DNA from: Phoronis australis
Taxonomy: Eukaryota; Animalia; Phoronida
Length of the DNA: 64,000 nt
Direction of reading: 5' to 3'
NCBI GenBank assembly: GCA_002633005.1
Contig: NMRA01000388.1
Span: 1 to 64,000, forward strand
The notes under the pieces were generated by a model. The model made no database searches and had not been told where the DNA came from. It worked only from the letters and a program-made list of their open reading frames with translations. This document shows positions 40,701 through 55,200 of the stretch, piece by piece. The first letter of the stretch is position 1. Each line of letters starts with the position of its first letter. Both the position numbers and the translations under genes were made by a program.

Positions 40701-43244
40701 TCGGTTGAGGACCTTAGAAGATACAGAGGCAAACGTAAAAAACTAAAATTGCCACCAGGGGGCACAGCGGTATACGGGTCGGTCCGAAACTTGTCGCCCT
40801 CTGTCGTCAACCCCATAGGAACAAACCTGCCAAATTTCAATAAGCTCTTACAAGGGTTTAGGAGATACAGCCGTGGACGCCGGACGACGGATGCCCAGAC
40901 AGAGATGACGGCAATATGCAACCACATATAAATATGTGGGCGCATAAAAAGTACATTTTACGATAATATTACACTTATTCATCAAAACATCATTAGGCAG
41001 TACTGAGACTTGTCCACTCATAAATGCACAGACCAGCATTTATTAATCAAGACTTTCACTGTCAAAATTTGCTACTCACAGCACTTTGTACTTCATTAAT
41101 GGGTTCATACAAAAACCCGTCGTCAAAAAGTCTGTTCATCAGGAACACTGACCTAAAACCTTTTTGTGTGGCGCAATGCAATTACTGTTGATTTTTCCAA
41201 CACTGGCTTCAGAAATTGAATCACTTGCCAAAAAGTCAGATTAGGATCATTTTCACCAGAAGAACTTACTACCATAAAAATTTGGTAATAAATGTGATTA
41301 AGTTTTGGTTTTTAGGTACCCGTTAATGAAAGTACCCAGTAGTTCATTTGGTTTCAGTAACTTCTTGAACCATGGGAGATAATTGGCCTGTCACCAGTAA
41401 TGTCAGACAAAACACTATGGAAACGCTTAATTATAGATTGGTGTTTGCATTTAGCCTCAATTTAAAGACTGCAGTGGTCTGGAGTAGAAGCCGAATGGAG
41501 CATTTTTGAAATGTCGTTCTGTGACCCGACTCAAAAAGCAGAATTCAAACAAGTAGCAGGAACAGCATAACATCTGTCGAATAACTCTTTACTGTTGTGA
41601 GAGGACAAAAGCAACTTTCACTTGACCCAATTTATTTCAAATTCCATTGTCCAAGCCGGGCCAAGATGACAAAGACAAAACGCCATTTTTTCATTCATTT
41701 ATATTTTGTGATATTGGACATCTTTCAGTAATCATTTAAATATTACGATTAAAAAACGGACAGTCGCCGCACAAATAAAAAGTTCATGTTCATTCAACGT
41801 TTGGTCTATGTTTTACACATCATCAGGATAACTATATACAATAAGACAGCAATTCAGTGCTGACATTCCAGTCAAGTAACATCCATGTAGTGAAATGATA
41901 GCAGCAAGAGATACAGGCAATATTAGTAGTAAGGTCACTGAGCTCTGCATGTTATTCAGAGAACCAGCAGCATGCTGGTCCTGAACGGCCAATGATTTTT
42001 TAATGTACAGTAATTCCTTTATAGGTTCTTGACAGATAACACTAAATGAATTGGCTTGGTAATTGAAGCTAACACAATGCTTATAGATGTTGCTTTTGTC
42101 TGAGGTGTGATGTTCTCTCAGCCTGTCACAGAGGCTCACTCTGTGTCAGTCCAATATAGAATTCCTTGCAGTTATCACATTCAACCTTATGAACAACATT
42201 ACTATTGTTTAACAAAGGGATGGGTGACTTCAGTTTACACAGCATAATGGAAAGTTTAGGAAGAGGTTTGAAAACAACTATCAGCTCAACAGCTAGGTCT
42301 ATGCAATGCATAAACAAGATAATTAACGTTTCAATCTTATACTATTTCGCCCAGTGTAACCAAGAGAAAACTTTTTTATCTCAGGTCCAATAACAGCTAC
42401 GTTATCCACCTCATTCATTTTTGAAAGGAAGTGCCTTTTACAGCTATTCAAAAAATTCAGAGGGTAACCATTGGCACGCAATGGCTGAAAAATCCTAGCT
42501 ACGTCACTATCAAAATTTAAATGGGTAGAACAAATTCTCCAGGCACGGTGTAAAAAGCAATTGACTATAGACCTATCTTGTATTGGATCGGCACAAAACT
42601 ATCAAATTTAAGATAAAGACCAGAAAAAACTGGGTTTATGACACACAGATGAAACAACGGTGCTATTTCACATTTAACCAAGACATCTAGAAAGGGTAAA
42701 CACGACTCGAGCTCAGATTCACTGGTGAAGTTGATGGACGGATGCATATTGTTCATGTGATTGAAAAAGGAGTTGACTGAGTTCTTGGATAAAAACACAA
42801 CAAACTTATCGTCCGCTACCTATGCCGATTAAAATTGTGGTTTACAGTTTGTAGGACAACTAGCCAGAGCCTCAGTCTCAAGACTGCACATGAAAATATT
42901 AGCCAAAACTGGGCCCAGGGGTGAACCCATGGCTACTCCATCAATCTGACCATAAAAGTTTAAATATACCACTGCACAAGAATGGTAATTTGATGACACA
43001 ACAACCACAAAGAAGTCATCTCAATACCTTAAATCTCCACATTCAAGGCTTTGCTATTCAAAACACACAGAGGGTAATAAAACAGTTATCTTCTCAACCA
43101 CAACCCTAAACCCTTTGTTAAACTGCCTTTACTTACACAGGCCAACTGGGACAGTTGTATGCCTTAAGTCCCATTCACACACAGCCAACCCTTGAACAAC
43201 TTTCACTTGTGCAACTTACCCCACTTTTAAGTGAAGTGTCCACA

Positions 43245-43284
<40 letters not shown>

Positions 43285-46200
43285 CACACATTCAATAACC
43301 TTAGGGTAAGGCTGAAGATGTCACTCTGTGCATGACAATGGACACCTAACGCGAATACGGCACGCAAAACAAAACCCGTGTGTATGAAACCGCGGCTGAT
43401 AAAATTACTTTCGCCTTACTCGAGGTTTGCGGCCATAAAGGATTTAGAAGTGGCGCAAATTACCGTATAACAAGTTACGCCACCTCGATAAGGTGGAGTT
43501 AAGTGTCACAAGCAGAGTTAAGTTGCACTAACTGAAATAAAGTCCAGACACCCTCAAATCTAGGGTAAGAATGCCATGTACGATGATGGCTTACCTCAAA
43601 ATCCAACTGCTGCCTCGTGGTTTGGTAATTGGCCCTATTATGTTGCACACTCAGCAGAATTAATGAGGCACATATTATTGCAATACTAAAGAACTGTTTT
43701 AGCTTGCAAAAATCACATTTCTTGTCTAATTTTCAAAATTCAAAAACCTAATCATGTGTGCTTTTCACGAACTATTCAAATACGCTATTTATGAACTTTC
43801 AAATCAAAAATTTGAAAATGCTATTTTCTAGAGAATGATTACATCAGCACACATGGTGTCTTTGATCTGAATCTGGTGTGCAATCTCACCTAGAGTGTCC
43901 ATGTAGTATTCTTTTCATGAGTCTGTGTGTGGACGACACTTTAGAGCAGGCTTCACCAAGAACTACTTTCACTGACCTAGCATGTCAATTTCAAAAGGCC
44001 TATTGTGTGAACGACAACCATGATTTACAATTGTCTGCAAAATTCTAAGCCACTATGTGTACTACTTACCCCCTCTAAGCTCAAAATGATGCTAGTCACA
44101 ATCACCTGCCGATGGCGCTCAACATTTATACATAAAAGAATCGTCACCTACGGTAAAGTCGCGTGATTTTCGGACGGCCCGCCATTTTCGACCAAGAATA
44201 AATATTTCCGAAATGAGTTTTTCATGGTCCACGAAATTCGTACAAGGTCCAAAAACTGTTTTTCAATGATCCTCGAATTTCGGACAATGTCATAAACGTC
44301 GGATTTTTGTCCCGCGACTTTCGGACAAGGAAAATTTTAGAAACGCTAATTTAGGATCGACGCAACTCCCGTGTCACTAAAGCGTTCAACGGATGATTAC
44401 TACTCGATAAGGCTTGAATCTGAGAATTGGGGTAACGGGCTTTGTAATTTTTACCTTGTCTTGACGATGTCATGACCGTTACTCGATTGTCTTGCGTTTA
44501 GCTTGAGTTTGGCGCTTTAGCTATGAAAAAAGTCACCGAGTCTCGCATGACGAAAATTTCTGATGAAAATACAAATGGGAAATACACGGAAGGCTGCAGT
44601 TTTTCGTTGTAGCGTAACATGTGCTCTGGTTTAATTAGACCGTGTTGTTCAACTTCCGACTGTGACATTGAACTTGCACGCCTCAACTTGCGTGTTTACG
44701 AAGCGTTTTTATTTTTAAAACGTCCTGGCCTTTGCAAATGCCCTTGTTAGTGGCTAAAATCTCCCGACGACGTGTCTGGATTTTATTCTTGACGTGATGA
44801 GAAATATTTTTTGTTTAGGCCCCCATACACAATAGGTCACAGCTAAGTATGTCCGTAGGATATCGCGCGTTCAAAGTAGTGTAGATAGTGAACAGCAGCA
44901 GCCGAATGAGACGGAGCCAAAGTAAAACTGGTTAAAAATCAAACATAGCGCAAGGCCCAGCACTCAGAAAGGGGCGCGGCGCACACGCAATTGTTACAGA
45001 GACATTGCATCCCTGTCCTATGTTGTGTAAGTGCCGGTGTGCTATAACACATATCAAAAACTAATGTACATCCACGTAACCACGTTTCACTACCCTTACA
45101 AATTGTCTGTTGCTCTCTGATAAGCATCGCAGATGCAAGAATCTCGCTAAAGAAGATAGTGTGATCGTGTGCTTCGTTTGCAATGCCTCACCATACGTCT
45201 CGACGTCTTAAGTCTAGCGTGTTCGTGAGATTCTCACCCTTGCGCCCCCGATCGCAGACTAGGGTAGAGTTCAGTAGCTGTCTTGGGAAATACAAAAATC
45301 TAGCCAAAATCACGCTTTCAATTAAAAAACACAATACATCACGTAATTTCATGAATTCGTGCTTTTTAGCGAAGTTCTAGCGTTACGAGCTTAACCCCAG
45401 ATGTAAACCTAAAAAGATTTAACTTGCGGCGACCCAATTTTGCTTGCTCATCCACTGGTCTGTGTACTTGTGGTCTTGTTAATTCACATCCTAGCTGTAC
45501 CGTCTGAGGTACAACACCCTGAACTCCATGGTGTCCCGAGATTAAGATGAATCCCGACAAGGACACCGGGACCCTGTGGCACTCTCTGTCTGCGGCGACT
45601 AAGAAAATCCTCCACCAATCATTTCGAAAAATGACAAGTCAGTTGAATCAGATTTGGTAGTCGTTGCTTCTTGTGGTCCTAGGGGTAGGCTAACAAGAAT
45701 ACAGGACCTGGAGTCCGATGCAACGGGCCTGGAACCTGATAGGTGTTTCCGACCGGAGTTCCATATCTACTTTCCACAGGACCTTGTCTTCATGTCTATG
45801 TTACCGCCTTCAGTTGATAGTTTTGAGACAAAAAAGAAACGTGATCTTAAACTACAGACCATGTTTTTTGTATTACTTAATATAGTTTTAGAGGCATTTC
45901 AGCTGTAAGTGTGTTTAATTGTGTTGACTGTTACATTGCTAATTATTATTGTTCTATTTTTACCCGAGGTGATGCCTTACTTGCAGCAAGGGTAAATAAT
46001 TTTGGGAAGTATTACTAGCGATTTCCGTATATAAGTTGGGGAAACCAAACGTCTTATGTAAAAATACACCAGGGCCTATACTCAGCAATGCCGAATACAC
46101 GAACACAGTATAAATACTGTAGCTCACCCTAATTATATCCTAGTGGGAATAGCATTATTTTTAGATTTCAAGCATGCATTTTTATTCTCAGATATGCATC

Positions 46201-49200
46201 CCAGGTATATTTTAGGGAAAAATTTAAGATACGCAAATTGGCCATATATTCTCCTGGACTTATATACGGAAATCTACGGTGGATCTTCTTAAACCTGTCA
46301 ACCATGAAAATTTCATTGAGACAGTTTTGTTCTACTAACATGTTCAACTAACATTCCGTTCATGCAAGTCGGTCAGTACGTTCGCATTTAAGGCGTTATT
46401 GCAACAGGTAAGTGTTGTTTTGATTTTTGTTTGGTGTTTCCATATTTTATTTTGTTATGTATTCCTGTCTTCAGATAGTCACTGTTATTCTTCAACAACA
46501 TTTCTGTACTTATAATGAGACTTCAGTAAACTCGCGACTGTTCATACTTTAAATGTTAGCAGAAGTGTGTAATGTCCATCAGCAGAGACCTGTGGGAAGA
46601 ACTATTTTCCGTAACTGTAGCAAATATATGACGAAATGAAATGAAAACGGTCGACATAGATGAATTGTAATTGGTTAAATATACATTAAGAAAGAAAATT
46701 AAGTATATAAATAGTAGAATGGTACTTGAATTGCCTGGTTTACGTCCTTCATGAGTTCACCTGTCCCAAATTGAGTGCTTTCGTTTTTCTTTTCAGGTCG
46801 TCACTAGTCGATTCTTCTAACAGTCGTGATCTGCCCAGTATCCTATTGTATCAACGTGCGCAACAACGGTCTTGGCAGGGGGTTGCACCTAGTAGACTCC
46901 CTTAGAATTAGTGGCGCAAAATCGACATTGGTGTGCAACAGGAGGCCGAGGGGGGGGGGTGGCGGCGTAAATTAGTAGTGACTGACGGAGACTGAGCTGC
47001 GCGAAATTGGTGACGACCGTGGACGGCGCTAAACTGGTGACGACCAGAAGAAACGGCCCTGTTATCTTCCACGCAGATTACCAGAAAATGTTAACGATTA
47101 TCAGTTTCATTTCATCCACAAAAAGATTTCACAAGTCAGAGTTTTCACTGTGGTTAAAAACGTAAGCGAACCCAGATGTGTTAGGTCACCTCAGTTGCAT
47201 GAAGACGCGCCAGTGTATCACTGAGTTAACATCGGGCGTTTCAAAGGCTGTGGATGAGAAAGGTTTTAATTGTAAAAAAAACGGTTGGGTGAATTTGATG
47301 TTGGTAGCATTTGAAATTGCATTTGCTTTCTAGACAACGCCCTTATATATACAATATGTTAGTTAATCGTGTCTTCAGCCGCGCAGCACTGTACTAGTCG
47401 ACGCATTCCCATCGTTTGCCGCAGTAGGCCTAAACATGTAGAACGACAGCGCTTCTTCAACAATTCAGACGACTACCAGGACGACAAATGGGGATCACAA
47501 GTCGATGAGAAACTACTCGTTTTATTATCATGATTGTCTTTGTTATCTATTTTGGGTAATTGTTCAATCGAAGTTTTCATGTTGAAACTGAGCTTTCAGT
47601 TAATATGGAAATAAATGTGTCAGAGTTAACTTGCGTTTCGGTTTGTAACCAGCAGACAATGCATGGATACGTTTAACAAACATAAATATATGCTATGTTC
47701 TTGTCATTGTTCGTCACTTTCTTCATTGAACTCGTTCCCACATCCATTACTGTTACGTTTAATGCAAAATTCGTTAAAATTGAGAAAGCGCATGTTTTGA
47801 TGGTCGGGAACCCTCTTTGTGCGCCGAATACGCAATTCCAGCATTTTATTGGGAAACCATGCGTTCACAGCGCAAACTCGACATTTTTGTTATTGAGAAA
47901 ACGCATTTTTACAAAAGAGAATCGGTTGTCTAACGTTTCATGTGCGTCAACAACGCAAACCAGACCCACTCATTGAAAAGCCCATATTTGTCACCAGGAA
48001 GACTCTTCGCAACGCAGCCCGATATTTCAAGTGGGATAGCGCAGTTTTGAAAAGATTCCGTCACTTGCGGAGAACGGTTTTTGAGCATCGGCAATGCAAG
48101 CCGAATATTTCATATTGAGAAAGCACATCTTTGAAAAGAAGAACCAACACTTGTTGGGAACGGTCTTTGTGCGTCGACGGCGCACATTTCTTATTGGGAA
48201 AGCCAGATTTTCAAAAATTAATCGCTCAGACCATTTGAGTCTCATTTACCTGCAATTATACTGCTATCAAATGACCGAGCCAGCATTGTTGATACTACGA
48301 CCGCTCATCGAAATAATGTACACCCACGAAATTCGGACACTAGCGGAAACCCAAATTTGGAGGTCCGCCAAATTCGGACACCACAAAATGATATTTCGCG
48401 AGATTCGTCCAAGAATGAATTTTTTCTATTGGAATTAATTTTCAGTGTCCGAAAATCACGCGACTTTACCGTAGTGCTTGTTTCAATACAACACCACTCT
48501 GTCAAAAGTTGCCTAGTCACAGCTTTACATCACTTGAGATCTGTACAAACTTCACCAATCAAGTTCAACCTACTGAGACTAGAATTTACAATAATCATAG
48601 AGCTAGATCAAGTACATCCACCTTAGGCAAAAGATTTCTTCGTTTAGTCTCAACTCTAAATGCGCATATCAATCTGAAGCGTTCACGCTGTCATTTGCCT
48701 CACATCATGACTTGCACGCCAATTACCTACCTCACTGAAGATGTTAAGTTGAACGAGTTCATCTTGGTTGAAATAGTCATAAATGAACCGAATCCAAATA
48801 ACTTTTTTCGGGGTAATTTTTAATCTAACCTCCAGGGGGATGGCACAATCTTAACTTTTTACGAGAAATTCAATATCAGAAGCCAAACAGTTTAAAAATC
48901 ACTAACTTGAGTGAATGATACTGCAGTTTATTGCAACCAGTGTTTTACAGCTTAAGTCCTCGCCAACGCCGTAATTGCAGATTCAGTGTTGGTGATCAGG
49001 AGAATTGATGACGCAGCGATTCTTGTACAAATGTATTGACAATGTACAAGGTGCAGTGAAATGTGCAGAGTTTGTGATGGCTAAGTTAAAAGTAAACTCA
49101 CCTGTACAGTTGGTGTGGACTGCTTTAAAGCCTGGTTCACACAGACACTGGTAACTACCCATCATATTTTGGCACTGGTGGCTACAATGCCCATTGTCAA

Positions 49201-52200
49201 CTAAACATTCATCCACATCTGCAATGAGTTAACAACATTTCATTAAAAGATTGTAACAAGAACACTACTGTAAGAAATTAAATCAAAACTAAAACAGTAT
49301 TACTGCTAGACGTCATAGTGCTAATTAGGTAAAGTTCTTGAATTCCATTTAGCTCATTTATCTATGACACATAATCCACCCAATATCAGTCAAAACAAAG
49401 ATGGCACTGTTTGGGACTTTAAATAACAGAGCAAAGAAAATCTTTGCTTTTCATTTCATTCTCACAATTTATCCAAAACCTGTTAGTGAAATACCTCATT
49501 TTGACTAAGAGCATTAAATGTATAGCAAAAAGGAAAAGGATTTCCTGTGGAAACCAACACCGAAAACTGCAGACGGATAAATAAGTTCTTCCTTTGGTAA
49601 TTCACAACCAAAGACTTTTTTAATTTAATCTCAGCACAAAGTAATAGACTGAACTATCTGCTTGACCTCTGTTGAGGTTTGCTTCAGGCAAGCGACACAG
49701 GGGGAAATGAAGAGATCAAAAGACAGCCACAGCCTGCTCACAGCATACCTGCTGTGACAAGCTGTGGGGAACCATGTTCAACCAATCAGCTGTCAAACTT
49801 GATCATGACTGACATTTTCAATCATGATGCTCTGCTTGGACAGAAAAAAAGCGTGGGGGAATTCCAGTATTTAGTAACAAACGCCAATCTTAATTGGGTT
49901 GACGCACTGGTTTACAATCGCAGACAATCCAAAGAATGGTCGGTATTAGACATGCTTTTGAACAATTTGGCCTTTGCACTCAAACTAATTTGCAAGGCTA
50001 CAATGGGTCAGAATAAAAATTGAGGAACCTGTACTGGCAACACAAGCAACGTAGTATAAAGAGAGGATTGTTCTGAAACATGACTACGTTCACATGTAAT
50101 TCAAAATCAATTCTCACCCACAAAAATACAACAAATATGAAGACACAGATAATTACATTCCGCAATATCTATAAAGTCATGTAAACGCTGAAAAGTATAA
50201 AAGCAAGCACTTTCGTTGAAAGACAACTTTTAAAAACCAGATTGGAATAACTTTGAATTAGAGAATAGTACGTAACCACAAAAACGTGATTGAAGAACTG
50301 GGGCTTGTTCCAAGTAACTGACTTAAGTTCATTTTTTACTTAAGTTTAAGATTTGTCTTAACTTCCAAACTTTGACACTTCCAAATTCGGTAAGTAAGTC
50401 GAAATTAGGACAAAACTCATGTCAAACACTTAAGTCAAACTTAAGATCTCTTTCTTGAATTGGTTTTGAGACAAATTTAACTTTTATTTTAAAATTTACA
50501 AGAATTTAAGATTTGTCTTAGCTAAGTCAGTTTTGTTGGAACGGGCCCCAGGGTTATACATTGCAGTGACTACTAAATCAAAATTTGTTAATGTTCCATT
50601 ACACATGCAAGAAAGAAATGAAAAAGTACAAGCTATACTCAGTAAACAGATAACTTCTTTTTTCTTGATAAGATTGTAAATGGCCAAAACTATTATAATC
50701 TTCACATAGAGGAAGATGCTTGCTTGATTAATCGCTGCAGCTGGTTTTCAGTTAAAGCAATAAAACACTTAGACCATGTAAAAATTAATTATTATCCAAT
50801 CAATGACGTGGTAATGAAGTCTCATTTTAGACCCATTTTGACTCAGCTGTTAATAGGTTGGTTAGAAATAACTAAAGCTTTTTGAAACTTTTAAAAGAAG
50901 ACACCTCTACCTAATACATACAACAAGGGCAATAAACTCTTATCAATTCTTATCATCTCATCAAACACCAATAAGGTTGCAATAATGATTCATCATCCCC
51001 AACCATAATCACCAGTACTGTCCACCCACAAGCAATGTGTCATACCTTCATCAATATACCAACACTGGTGGAAGACATGTGCCTGTGTTGCCTGTTTACA
51101 GCACACTCTATCAAGCTCTCACTGTAATTGTCCAGCCTCCACAGAACAACAACAATGGACCACCAAATCAAGCCATCAAGAGACATAACGTTATTTTGTA
51201 TATTTTTGTTAGATGTCTAGGAGCAGATAATCAACACTTATTTTACATATTTTAGTTGGGTGTATAATAGCAGGTAATCAAGAGAAATAACGTTATTTTT
51301 TGTATTTTAGTTACTAGGAGTTTTGATAAACAGCCAGTTGTTGTCCTTTAGAGAATGGATAAAAGCACCATGAGACTGACAGAGTGTGCATAAATGTAAT
51401 GCATGAAAGAAAGTCCAAGTTGGGCTAACTTTGCAGCATCAGAAGTAGTTAACTTTCAGATACACTGTTCCTCAAAATGCTGTTAGGAATTGCTCTTAAA
51501 TTGATTCCGTTTTGCAAAAGGGATTTTAGCAATTTTTATGAAAAAAATAAAAAATTCCATAAAACAGCAACAAAATGGTAACGATAAATGTTACATTTGA
51601 AAAAAAATCAAGAGAATCAAATTCTACAAGGGTCAATGCTTTCAGAAACTTTCCTTATAAAGTTGTAAATATAAAACATGAGGTTTAGTGCCCACTAGAC
51701 TAGTGAAAGTAATTTGCCAGCTAACTGAACAGAAAATTGCCTGTCACAGTTTTATACAAACTAGAAATTCCCCAATTCTGGACAAAAACAATTGCTTAAA
51801 CTCCACTTTTACATTTTTCAAAGGCTTCTTGCTGTGAATGCCCAAAATTTCTCGAAACATTGACAAATGGTAGCTAGGCTCCAGGAAATTGAACTGAAAA
51901 CATTCATTCCGTGCTTTATATTCTTCATGAAAAATGAGAAAACGTAATTTCACTTGTCAGCTATATTGTCCAAGTAGGTGAGGTTTTACCATATATGCAT
52001 CACTTAGAAAGTAAAGTATCAGACATCATTGCAATGAGATACTAAATATGGCGCATTTCATGACAAATCATGTCTCATTGACCTTCACATGAGAAATAGC
52101 AAAACAAGGCCAAACTGTACTAACCTAAGCATGTTTTGCCATCGTGATGAAGCACGTATCCTCGTGAACAACTACACACCGGGCCTTTAGAAGTATCAGT

Positions 52201-55200
52201 ACACCTGCTGTTGCAACCGCCATTGCTGACTTCACACGTTGCTATGGAAACATCAAACATCACTATGACGACAGCAAGAACAAAAGGCAGGGCACTTCTC
52301 AACAGTTGCATTGAAACACTGTCACCTAATTCCATTGAGAGCAACTGAGAATGAGAAATCGCAGAACATGTCGGTAGGCTTCTTACTGACAAACCAATCA
52401 GTTACCGTCTGCGCGGACAATAGATGTGCGAGACAACCTGCCGGGCTTGGTCGGTTTTGTAGCAAGATGCTGGGTATTCTTTGAGATAACCGTGAACAAC
52501 TGGTAAATTGGAAACATATCATTGGCATCATGGCTATTCAAAACAGCACATGCTGTCTAGTCGGCTTAAAACAATAGAGTTACAAGCTGTGAGATTGGTA
52601 AGATAATCTCCAAGTTTCCTCAAACCCATCTTCCAGTGTGTAATACATCAAACCTGTAGGTGATAACTGGCACAACCCAGGTTTTAAAATTTAAGTAATT
52701 TAAGTAAAAACATATTTCAGTATATAAACACCAACACACACACACTCACACACATTTTTATCATACTCTACAAGAGCAGAAAAAACTAATGCTCGACATA
52801 TCTTAACAAATTCTGTTGCCACTGGTAGGTTTCAGATGTGAAATACAAACAAGTTATTTCACAGTATCAAAGCAACCATAATTCTAAATCAAATCTCACA
52901 ATTTTGAGTATATTTCAAAATTTGGAAATAATCTTTTGAACAGCTCACATGTATATTGTGCATACATGATAAGAAAAGCATTTTTTTGAAGTCAAATGCA
53001 CTCACTCTCGCCAATTTTTAATGTCAAAAACATTGACTCAGGGGTTTGATCACTCAGATCTCAACTCGAACAGTACACAGAATAAGTAGATTTAGGAGCT
53101 TGCAGAGGAATTAAGAAATTGGGGAATTTCATCTACAGCACTGCTCTCATATTTCTAATGCATTGTGGGAACGTTGTCAACTCATACAGTGACATACAAA
53201 ATTTGGAGACATATAAACAATATGATGGGAAATAACTCTTGTCATTTGCATGTGGCACAAATGAAAGCATGGACCTACTTCAACCTACTTTTATGTGGCA
53301 GCAGTGGCAAAAATTAGAAACTCCACCCATTTCATGGCAACTTAATTGTGCTTCATTATTAGATTTGTACAATTGCCGCACTAGTCAAGAAACCTGCTCA
53401 TCAGGAAATCTCATGTAAGTGTGAAGTAAAGCAATTGCCGCATTAGCTATGTCGTAACAGTAAGACAACACTGAGATATTGTGGGTTAAAACTGGTGGTT
53501 TTTCGAAATGTTTGGCTCCTGAAATTGAATTCCACATAAAAAATTGTGTTAGAACTAATTTTACCCATAGAAATAAGATGAAAATTAGCAAAAATGGATG
53601 CGGTAGGTTTCCATTCTCTGGTACCTGAAGATGGATGGTTTTAGTGACTCTTTGAACAGTGGTAGATAATTGGCCTGCGAGTTGTGATGCCACACAAAAG
53701 AGCACGGGAATGCTTAATGTGTAAATTGGTGTTTGGACTAGCCTTGATTTTGAAACCGCTGTACATTTGGAGTTGAAACCAAGTGTGAGGTTTTGTAACT
53801 GAAACTATTGAAGAAAAACAAAAGATTGAAAGAAATCATCAACACACAAATCGAATAAATACAGATTATTAGTATGTATTTTGCGTGAAAGATTCTTGAG
53901 GCACGTGCCATCCGATCATAGTAAAGTTGAAATTCATCACTTAAAACACAAATTATGAATAAGATTATAGTATGTCATCTGTGATGTCACCAGATGTTTA
54001 GGAGCCGAAAAACATCCCACACTGTATTTCAAAAATGACAGCAGCACCACAAATGAAATCCTTTGCAATGATGTTACTAAAGAATGAAAAAAGTAAAATG
54101 TAAGAAGGAATATGAACAAGCTTTAACTGTGCTCTGCCTAAAGCAGTACAGCTGGAAGCAGGTTGGTTGTAAGACCAAGTACTAGATGGAGTCACCAGTT
54201 GTGGACTTTACAACAGAATTATATTTCATCCAATGACAACAGGAGAGCTATTGCAGAACATACCTAAGCAAGTCTTTTTGTCAGAATCCAGTCTGTAATG
54301 AGCAGCGCAGGAACACACAGGGCCATTTCTTGTGTCTGTGCACTTGTGGTGACAACCACCGTTGTCATATTTACACGGTTCTACAGTCACATTAAAAGGC
54401 ACAATGCATATGAGACTATTCAATTGTGCGGACACATATGAACTACATTTTGACAAATGTGAAACAATGCATCACTTTTGTCAACATGCACTACCAGGAG
54501 GTGGAAATGATTCCATGACCGTGACTCTAAATACCAGATATCTAAACTCCACACCCAGGGACTAGATTAATCACCCAGACCTAGGTGTGGGTTTGGAGTT
54601 CGGTCACTGGATAAGAAGTATTTTGGTGCAAGTGTGGAGTTAAGGGGCATGGTATGGAATTACAACACTGTGGGTTTTGCCTTGGCTGGTCCAGAACTAG
54701 ATTTGGACTAACAAAGCTACAATTTAAAGCCCCCCCCCACTACAGATGAAAACATGGTTTTCTTAATTAATTTAAAGATAACCAATTTGAATAAAATAAG
54801 TTCAGCAAGGATGGCGCTTTTCTAAGATTTTTTCCAGATGCGGCAAAAGCTTGTGCATTTCTAGAAAGTGCCAGCTTTCAAAAATGTACAACTGAAAATT
54901 TATTAGATAACCATCAAAACTAAGATCTATAAAAGCTAAAATCTATTCTACATACTAAGAAATTTGACCACTTTAGAACACTAATATGGTGGACAGCAGT
55001 AACATTTCGCTGTCGGGCCACAGTTACAGTTTTGTGAAACTTTCAACTTGTAATAAAGTACTCATTAAAGGTCACATAAAGTGTTGGTTTGACAACCCTC
55101 ATACTTACTGACACATCTTTTTCCATCAGGATGCAGGGAGTAGCCCCGTCTACACACACACCTCCATTCTGAATTGTACCTACAGCCTTGAGTGCAACCG

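Noticed and set aside
40397-40945. 182-aa ORF, the longest in the track (also 37578-37973)
   Set aside because: It lies wholly within the HINE tandem array; the repeated PPSG/PPGG motifs just translate the DNA repeat core.
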